Shown here one piece after another: positions 26,577 through 32,000 of a stretch of DNA of 32,000 nucleotides (position 1 is its first letter; every line of letters starts with the position of its first letter). The notes below the pieces were generated by a model. That model was not told the DNA's origin. It did no database searches and saw only the letters and a program-made list of their open reading frames with translations. The translations under genes and the position numbers were made by a program. The stretch is from Candidatus Electronema halotolerans (GTDB lineage Bacteria; Desulfobacterota; Desulfobulbia; Desulfobulbales; Desulfobulbaceae), in the NCBI GenBank assembly GCA_942493095.1, contig OW818675.1, positions 2,190,001 through 2,222,000 on the forward strand, in the 5' to 3' direction.

Positions 26577-26731
26577 AAACCATCTTGCATGTCTTGCGGA
26601 AACCATCTATATAGTATGGTCGGAACCATCTGGATGGTTTTCCAAAACCATTTAGATGGTTTCCTCTAAACCATTCAGTATGTTTCCCCGGAACTATCCT
26701 AATGGTTTTCCTGAAACCATCCAGATTGTTT
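26577..26731. repeat. Array of seven 18-bp imperfect palindromes RAACCAT-N4-ATGGTTT phased every 22-23 bp
   Basis: Left half-sites start at 26577, 26600, 26623, 26645, 26668, 26691 and 26714 (spacings 23,23,22,23,23,23). Unit 4 is perfect (aaaccat ttag atggttt) and units 3, 6 and 7 each have one mismatch. Units 1, 2 and 5 are degenerate (unit 2 has a 9-nt centre). Confidence 0.85.
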
Positions 26732-26767
26732 TTCAGGCGGGCTGAGGGAAGGGGCGGCAGGCCAGTG
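26719..26767 (+). repeat. Left copy of the 45-bp perfect (49 bp with 1 mismatch) direct repeat bracketing the TA cassette
   Basis: atccagattgtttttcaggcgggctgagggaaggggcggcaggcc at 26719-26763 is identical to 27519-27563. The track confirms this through the shared peptide TGLPPLPSARLKNNLD in two minus-strand ORFs. Confidence 0.95.
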
Positions 26768-26860
26768 CGCGAGGCTGAACAGGTTGCTTTTGTTGTGCGC
26801 CACAGGATAAGATAGATGCGGTCTGCCTGACTTGACTGCAACTATTCACAAGAGGAAGAT

Positions 26861-27106
26861 ATGGATGCTAAACTGACCTTGCAAATAGATGGTTCCGTCA
26901 TTGCATCTGCGAAACAGTTCGCTGCTGCGCGTCACACTTCGCTGTCAAAGCTGGTGGAGAACTACCTGAAAAGCATCACTCGTGAAACTGGCCAGGAGAA
27001 ACGGCTGCCGGGCGTTGTCGGCGAACTTGCCGGTCTGCTGAAGGGCGTGGATGCGGACGAAAGCAGGAAAGCGCAGGCTGATCATCTGGAAGAGAAGTAC
27101 AGATGA
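26861..27106 (+). CDS. Type II antitoxin (DUF6364-like, partner of the PIN toxin)
   Basis: The 81-aa ORF MDAKLTLQIDGSVIASAKQFAAARHTSLSKLVENYLKSI.. matches the small antitoxin family usually paired with PIN toxins. GAGGA RBS. Its stop overlaps the toxin start as ATGA. Confidence 0.7.
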   Translation: MDAKLTLQIDGSVIASAKQFAAARHTSLSKLVENYLKSITRETGQEKRLPGVVGELAGLLKGVDADESRKAQADHLEEKYR

Positions 27107-27513
27107 ATACGATCTTTCTGGATGCGGATGTCATTCTTGATCTGCTGACAGAGCGGGAGCCGCATTTTGAACCGGCAGCACAGCTCTTTCTCAGGATTCA
27201 GGGTAAGGAGCTGAACGCCTGCACTTCGCCGGTTGTCATCGCCAACATCTTTTACATCCTCAACAAGCATATTGGCCGGGAAAGAGCGGTTCAGGCAATC
27301 AGAAAACTCAGGACTCTGGTCAAGGTGCTCACTTGCGGAGAACGCATCATTGATGCGGCGCTTGCTTCAGATTTTACTGATTTTGAAGATGCGATCCAAT
27401 ACAGCACTGCGCTGGCGCACAAGATAGACACGCTCATCACAAGAAATGTGACAGATTACAAAACAGCAACGATCAAGATAGTGACACCGCTTGAGTATAT
27501 CGAAAGCATGTAA
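27103..27513 (+). CDS. vapC: PIN-domain toxin (VapC family)
   Basis: 136 aa with N-terminal FLDADVILD (first acidic residue), a central E, DFEDAIQ and C-terminal LITRNVTDY, the canonical PIN acidic constellation and layout. Confidence 0.8.
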   Translation: MNTIFLDADVILDLLTEREPHFEPAAQLFLRIQGKELNACTSPVVIANIFYILNKHIGRERAVQAIRKLRTLVKVLTCGERIIDAALASDFTDFEDAIQYSTALAHKIDTLITRNVTDYKTATIKIVTPLEYIESM

Positions 27514-27518
27514 ATTGT

Positions 27519-27567
27519 ATCCAGATTGTTTTTCAGGCGGGCTGAGGGAAGGGGCGGCAGGCCGGTG
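27519..27567 (+). repeat. Right copy of the direct repeat bracketing the TA cassette
   Basis: It lies exactly 800 bp from the left copy and starts 6 nt after the vapC stop. Confidence 0.95.
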
Positions 27568-27719
27568 AAGGCGGGGTGATTGCATTCAGCCTGAGCTGTG
27601 GGCTGTCTGCAAATTGAGTAGGGCGGGCAAACAGTTGTATCGTTTGTCTGTGCGGAAGCGGATATGAATTGGCGGGCAAGCAGAAAGATGCTTGCCCACG
27701 CTACGGTACTACCAACAAA

Positions 27720-28401
27720 GTGCTCAACGCCTTTCGGCATCAAAGATAGAATCACCTTTCTGACACTGCCAGTCACGTTCCCATCGCCCTGTGCTCAACG
27801 CCTTTCGGCATCAAAGATAGAATCACAAACCGAGATATAAAATGTACAATTCTGTGACACTGTGCTCAACGCCTTTCGGCATCAAAGATAGAATCACCAC
27901 TCACAGCGAACTTCCGGCTCACCGTTGACGATGTGCTCAACGCCTTTCGGCATCAAAGATAGAATCACGCCTGCGCTGATGCTTTGTCGGCATGGTCTCG
28001 ATACAAGGTGCTCAACGCCTTTCGGCATCAAAGATAGAATCACCAGGTTGAGGAGGTCATCGTACTGGGCTTTGCGTTGTGCTCAACGCCTTTCGGCATC
28101 AAAGATAGAATCACTCCATACCTGCGGCGGCAGAAAAGTTTCTGACACGGCCGTGCTCAACGCCTTTCGGCATCAAAGATAGAATCACTTCCTTGGTCAA
28201 TCCTTGGTTAATCCTTCTTTAGCGTGCTCAACGCCTTTCGGCATCAAAGATAGAATCACACAGCAGCCACCAAGACCACAACAGAGCAGACCACGTGCTC
28301 AACGCCTTTCGGCATCAAAGATAGAATCACCTGGAAGAGGATGACAGATTTAAGGTAAGGGCCTGGTGCTCAACGCCTTTCGGCATCAAAGATAGAATCA
28401 C
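27720..28401. CRISPR. CRISPR array: 10 identical 36-bp repeats and 9 spacers (35-39 bp); no cas genes in the window
   Basis: The repeat GTGCTCAACGCCTTTCGGCATCAAAGATAGAATCAC starts at 27720, 27791, 27862, 27933, 28008, 28079, 28153, 28224, 28295 and 28366. Spacer lengths are 35,35,35,39,35,38,35,35,35 and all spacers are unique. Orientation is unresolved: all repeats are identical, and the reverse complement ends GTTGAGCAC, only loosely like the ATTGAAAC class-1 handle. Confidence 0.95.
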
Positions 28402-28694
28402 AGCCCTTCCCGCAGCTCCCTGCTGACGGGCTGTGCAGCACGATAAATCAAGCTGGCCTGCTGTTCCGCTGCTGCTGCCTGCAATACGAGCAATTTCTTT
28501 TAGCCCTCCCTTGCTCAGGTTAATGGTTTTGCATGAAAAAATCCCAAATCAAGCACCTGCTGCCCCTGTCGGCGGCTACATTCAGCCGCTGTAGCAGTAC
28601 GTTACCGCCGATATCTGCAAACCTGCTGATAGTATCATGGATGCCCATGAGTTGGCAAGAAAATTTTTCTCGTTCTTCTGCTCCAGCGCGGGAA

Positions 28695-28922
28695 TCAGCT
28701 TGTTGCTCTGATCGGACTGACATCCCCTGCTGTCACCCGGTGTTCTCTGCCGGACGCATCCGCAACAATATATCGCCCATCCTCGGCCAAACCCGCGCCA
28801 ACCGTTGGGAGCATTTCCTTGCCGCTGTCATACTCCAAGGGCTTGCCAAGCAGATAATCTAACCTGCGCCATTCTTCCAGCAGAGCAGTCTTGCCGCCGT
28901 TCTCAAGCCGCTGCCCTGCCGT
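28695..28922 (-). pseudogene. birA: Remnant encoding only the C-terminal domain of a biotin--protein ligase (BirA-like)
   Basis: ..RLENGGKTALLEEWRRLDYLLGKPLEYDSGKEMLPTVGAGLAEDGRYIVADASGREHRVTAGDVSPIR follows the BirA C-terminal pattern (F..G...l..W..l....G..V.......G.a.giD..G.L.v.......v.aGeVs.R). No catalytic domain lies upstream, and the similarity starts right at the 28930-28980 inverted repeat. Confidence 0.4.
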
Positions 28923-28929
28923 GTGCAGA

Positions 28930-28980
28930 TGTTCCATGCCGGGCAGCAGAGCCGGAACATCTGCTGCCCGGCATGGAACA
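28930..28980. repeat. 20-bp perfect inverted repeat with an 11-nt loop
   Basis: tgttccatgccgggcagcag (28930-28949) pairs with ctgctgcccggcatggaaca (28961-28980). An alternative 10-bp pairing exists between cagatgttcc (28926-28935) and ggaacatctg (28954-28963). Confidence 0.85.
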
Positions 28981-29023
28981 CTGGGAGGAAATGACCATGC
29001 CAAAGAGTGCGAATAGCGCGTAA

Positions 29024-29043
29024 GGGCGATTCATGAATCGCCC
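29024..29043. repeat. REP-like perfect 20-bp palindrome gggcgattcatgaatcgccc
   Basis: Read directly from the sequence. The flanks gtaa/ctac extend the stem with one mismatch. In my experience this type of palindrome yields the spurious ..GAIHESPLR.. peptides seen in the 28859..29281 minus ORF. Confidence 0.6.
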
Positions 29044-29068
29044 CTACAGGATGTGATGCAATGACAAG

Positions 29069-29105
29069 GCCCTGAGTCCGCATCGGATTCAGGGCTTTCT
29101 TGTTT
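29069..29105 (+). terminator. Rho-independent terminator-like hairpin plus T-rich tail (plus strand)
   Basis: gccctgagtcc (29069-29079) pairs with ggattcagggc (29085-29095), giving 11 bp with one G-U pair and a 5-nt loop, followed by tttcttgttt. Confidence 0.55.
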
Positions 29106-29116
29106 CCATCTTGCCG

Positions 29117-29145
29117 TTGCAAAAAACATCCGCAGCCTTTATTAT
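29117..29145 (+). promoter_or_regulatory. Sigma70-type promoter candidate TTGCAA-17-TATTAT for rfbA-rfbD
   Basis: -35 at 29117-29122 and -10 at 29140-29145 with 17-nt spacing, about 100 nt upstream of the rfbA ATG. Confidence 0.5.
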
Positions 29146-29246
29146 GCAGTTTGAACAGAACCTTAATTCTGGATAACATGCTGGCGGAACTTGTTTTGCG
29201 GGATAACGCCCGGCATAAAACTGCATGCAACAACCCTACCTGACAA

Positions 29247-30134
29247 ATGAAAGGCATCATTCTCGCGGGCGGCTCCGGCACCCGCCTTTATCCGCTGACC
29301 CAAGTCATCAGCAAGCAGCTCATCCCGGTCTATGACAAGCCGATGATCTATTACCCGTTGGCCGTGCTGATGCTGGCGGGCATCCGCGACATCCTCCTCA
29401 TTTCCACGCCAGAAGACCTGCCCCGCTTCAGCCAGCTTTTCGGCGACGGCTCGCAGCTCGGCCTGAACATCTCCTACGCCGAGCAGCCCCGACCGGAAGG
29501 ACTGGCGCAAGCCTTTCTGCTCGGCAAGAAATTCATCGGCAGATCAGCGGTCTCCTTGGTGCTTGGGGACAACATCTTTTTCGGTCCCGGCTTTCAGCAG
29601 ATCGTCAAGCGATGCCGGAATCTGAAGAACAACGAAGGCGGCATCATCTTCGGTTATTTGGTCAAAGACCCGGAACGCTACGGCGTGGTCGAGTTTGACG
29701 CGGAAAAGAATGTGGTCAGCATTGAGGAAAAACCAGCCAAGCCCAAGTCGCGCTACGCAGTGCCGGGCCTCTATTTTTACGACAACAGCGTGGTCGAGAT
29801 TGCCGAGTCGATCAAGCCGTCAGCGCGGGGCGAGCTGGAAATCACGGATGTCAACCGCACCTATTTGCAGCAGGGCCGACTGCGGGTGGAGCTGCTCGGA
29901 CGCGGCTTCTGCTGGTTGGACACAGGCACGCATGAATCGCTCCAGCAGGCATCCGCTTATGTGCAGGCAGTGCAGGATCGGCAAGGCCTGAAGATCGCCT
30001 GCATTGAGGAAATCGCTTGGCGGATGGGCTACATTGACGCAGAGCAGGTGGAGCAGATTGCCCAGCAGATGCTCAAGAATCAGTACGGCCAGTACCTGAT
30101 GGCCATACTCAGGGAGGAGGGTGCGAAGCAATGA
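29247..30134 (+). CDS. rfbA: Glucose-1-phosphate thymidylyltransferase
   Basis: [18 protein letters not shown]...[28 protein letters not shown] is the canonical RmlA N-terminus. Length is 295 aa. Confidence 0.95.
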   Translation: MKGIILAGGSGTRLYPLTQVISKQLIPVYDKPMIYYPLAVLMLAGIRDILLISTPEDLPRFSQLFGDGSQLGLNISYAEQPRPEGLAQAFLLGKKFIGRSAVSLVLGDNIFFGPGFQQIVKRCRNLKNNEGGIIFGYLVKDPERYGVVEFDAEKNVVSIEEKPAKPKSRYAVPGLYFYDNSVVEIAESIKPSARGELEITDVNRTYLQQGRLRVELLGRGFCWLDTGTHESLQQASAYVQAVQDRQGLKIACIEEIAWRMGYIDAEQVEQIAQQMLKNQYGQYLMAILREEGAKQ

Positions 30135-31012
30135 AGCTGCTGATCACTGGCGCGGGCGGGCAATTGGGGCAGGACTGCGTCCAGCTCATGCTTGACCGGC
30201 ACGAAATTTGCGCCCTGACCTCGCGCCAGCTTGACATCACCCAAGCTGAGGCGGTGCGGGAAGCGGTGGCCTGCATCCGCCCGCAGGTGCTGATCAACTG
30301 CGCCGCCTACACAGCTGTGGATGCCTGCGAGACAGAAACCGAACGCTGCATGGTGGTCAATGCCCACGGCCCGGCCCATCTTGCCGCAGCCTGCGCTGAG
30401 TTCGGCAGCCGCTTGATTCATATTTCCACCGACTATGTTTTTGACGGCAGCAAGCCAGTGCCGCAGGCCTACACAGAAGAGGATGCGGTCGGGCCGGTCT
30501 CCGCCTATGGCCGGAGCAAGCTGGCAGGCGAGCAGGCCATTGCCGAGCGGCTGGATGATTATCTTATTCTGCGCACGGCTTGGCTCTACGGCATGGGCAG
30601 CGGCAATTTCCTCAAGACCATGCTGCGCTTGGCAGTCGCAAAGCGTCCGCTCCGGGTGGTGGATGATCAGCACGGCTCGCTGACTTGGACCGCCTCCTTG
30701 GCCCGGCAGATCGAGCAGGTTTTAGACGGCGGCTTGTGCGGCATTGCCCATGCCACGGCAGAGGGACACTGCACCTGGTTTGAGGGGGCAAAGCATTTTC
30801 TTGAGGCCATGCAAGTGGAGTTTTCCTTGGAACCTTGCGTCACTGCCGACTATCCCACGCCAGCCCGGCGGCCTGCCAATTCCATTCTGGCCAACCACCG
30901 CCTGCAAGCGCATGGCCTGAACGTGATGCGCGACTGGCGGGCGGATGTGGATGATTTTGTCCGTCTGCACCGGGAGGAGCTGCTGCGGAGGGAACATGCT
31001 GGATTCAAGTGA
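30131..31012 (+). CDS. rfbD: dTDP-4-dehydrorhamnose reductase
   Basis: [13 protein letters not shown] (Rossmann), ..[12 protein letters not shown].., STDYVFDG and YG.SKL.GE (the YxxxK catalytic motif). ATGA overlap with the rfbA stop. Confidence 0.9.
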   Translation: MKLLITGAGGQLGQDCVQLMLDRHEICALTSRQLDITQAEAVREAVACIRPQVLINCAAYTAVDACETETERCMVVNAHGPAHLAAACAEFGSRLIHISTDYVFDGSKPVPQAYTEEDAVGPVSAYGRSKLAGEQAIAERLDDYLILRTAWLYGMGSGNFLKTMLRLAVAKRPLRVVDDQHGSLTWTASLARQIEQVLDGGLCGIAHATAEGHCTWFEGAKHFLEAMQVEFSLEPCVTADYPTPARRPANSILANHRLQAHGLNVMRDWRADVDDFVRLHREELLRREHAGFK

Positions 31013-31263
31013 GCAGGGCATAGCCCATGATTTTCCATCAACCCCCTGTCAGTTTTTTCAAAGACCTCGGCCTGCTGTTGAGATTATCCACAGCACTCAG
31101 AACCTGCTGCACAGCAATGTCAAGCAGCTCCTGCCCTTCCTGTGAAAACGCGCTGCTTAACAATTGCCTTTCCCGGCAGCATCCTGTATTTTATTTTCAT
31201 CTGCCGGACATCATCTAAACTGCGCAGGGCAGTCTGTCCTTTTTTCAAACCTGCTGAAAAATC

Positions 31264-32000
31264 ATGCTGAACGTTGGCATTATCGGGGCTTCCGGCTACA
31301 CCGGAGTTGAACTGGCCCGCATTCTTTCCGATCATCCTGAAGTCCGGCTGACCGTGGCCACCTCGCGGCAGTTTGCCGGAAAACCGCTTTCCGAGGTCTT
31401 TCCCAACCTGCGCAAGCGGGTTGACCTGATCTGCGAAGACTTGACCCCAGAGCAGCTTGTTGACCGGGCTGATTTCTTTTTTGCCGCAGTGCCGCATAAG
31501 ACTGCGATGGCCTTGGTGCCGACCTTTTTGGCCGCAGGAAAAAAGGTGGTTGATCTGAGCGCGGATTTTCGCATCCGCGATGCAGCAGTGTATGAGCAAT
31601 GGTATCAGCCGCACAGCTGCCCGGAGCTGCTGGCCGAGGCAGTCTATGGTCTGCCGGAGCTGTATCGCGAGCAGGTGAAAAGCGCACGTCTGACAGCCAA
31701 TCCTGGCTGCTATCCGACCTCGATCATTCTCGGCTTGGCCCCCTTGCTGCGGGAAAAGCTGATCGACCCGGCCACTCTGATTGTTGACTCCAAGTCCGGC
31801 ACCTCTGGCGCGGGCCGTTCGCTCAATGTCGGCACCCTGTTCTGCGAGGTCACAGACGGCTTCCGGCCCTACAAAGTTGGCGGCGCGCACCGTCACATCC
31901 CGGAGATTGAGCAGGAGCTGTCCGCGCTGGCTGGCAGCGAGGTGATCATCTCCTTCACCCCGCACCTGCTGCCGATTTCACGCGGCATCCTCAGCACCAT
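31264..32000 (+). CDS. argC: N-acetyl-gamma-glutamyl-phosphate reductase, N-terminal about 245 codons (runs off the window)
   Basis: Not in the ORF track because it has no stop. My translation from the ATG at 31264 reads [27 protein letters not shown]....[13 protein letters not shown]......[13 protein letters not shown]......FCEV......[16 protein letters not shown]. It includes the catalytic PGCYPT Cys motif of ArgC. Confidence 0.85.
   Translation, partial: MLNVGIIGASGYTGVELARILSDHPEVRLTVATSRQFAGKPLSEVFPNLRKRVDLICEDLTPEQLVDRADFFFAAVPHKTAMALVPTFLAAGKKVVDLSADFRIRDAAVYEQWYQPHSCPELLAEAVYGLPELYREQVKSARLTANPGCYPTSIILGLAPLLREKLIDPATLIVDSKSGTSGAGRSLNVGTLFCEVTDGFRPYKVGGAHRHIPEIEQELSALAGSEVIISFTPHLLPISRGILST

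Noticed and set aside
25890-26841. 238-aa, 169-aa, 121-aa and 120-aa minus-strand ORFs
   Set aside because: The first two are antisense to mtnA. The last two run through the non-coding palindrome array; the periodic GFRKT/WFRGN peptides simply reflect the DNA repeats.
27456-28182. 106-aa minus and 85-aa plus ORFs with the repeated peptide CSTPFGIKDRIT
   Set aside because: They are translations of the CRISPR repeats and their flank, not genes.
27564-28520. tracrRNA/anti-repeat or a degenerate terminal repeat that would orient or type the CRISPR array
   Set aside because: By eye there is no additional partial copy of the repeat, in either orientation, in the flanks or elsewhere in the window. 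Spacer lengths of 35-39 bp also do not fit type II.
28520-28723. 67-aa minus ORF after the birA remnant, considered as a decayed coaX (type III pantothenate kinase) N-terminus because of ..FADIGGN..
   Set aside because: The DIGGN string does not match the DxGNT motif well and the ORF stops after about 40 residues, so the evidence is insufficient.
28533-29281. 109-aa and 72-aa plus ORFs and the 140-aa minus ORF
   Set aside because: No RBS or motif. They cross the hairpin/REP block and the rfbA promoter, and the ..GAIHESPLR.. segment is the translated palindrome.
30080-31965. 197-aa and 281-aa minus-strand ORFs
   Set aside because: Antisense to rfbD and argC respectively.

Overview
Chromosomal window from a Gram-negative bacterium. 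The taxon is only a guess: the mglBA pair, leuS-lptE synteny and roughly 55% GC by eye suggest a Desulfobulbales/Thermodesulfobacteriota-like organism. Most of it is housekeeping backbone: leuS-lptE, tsaE, a family-5 solute-binding protein, an rcnA-like Ni/Co exporter, a SAM methyltransferase, an ABC-F ATPase, cbiB, a DEAD-box helicase, mtnA, rfbA-rfbD and argC. Four regions stand out. (1) At the left edge, an mglB-mglA (Roadblock + MglA-type GTPase) operon continues into a gene missing from the ORF track. It is open on the minus strand from 3129 to the window edge (at least 1043 codons). It encodes two copies of an unrecognised helical module followed by more than 700 aa of hyper-acidic tandem repeats. 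(2) A 1415-aa protein (16756-21003) fuses about 900 aa of unrecognised helical sequence to the ATP-grasp and phospho-histidine swivel domains of pyruvate phosphate dikinase. It lacks the PEP/pyruvate TIM barrel. (3) An accessory patch at 26.2-29.2 kb holds seven 23-bp-phased palindromes (RAACCAT-N4-ATGGTTT). It also holds a DUF6364-like/PIN toxin-antitoxin cassette bracketed by 45-bp perfect direct repeats exactly 800 bp apart. It further holds a 10-repeat CRISPR array with no cas gene anywhere in the window, a truncated birA-like remnant and stacked hairpins. (4) The 3' end of the rcnA-like gene carries an out-of-frame partial tandem duplication. All calls rest on reading the sequence and ORF translations by eye; no searches were run.
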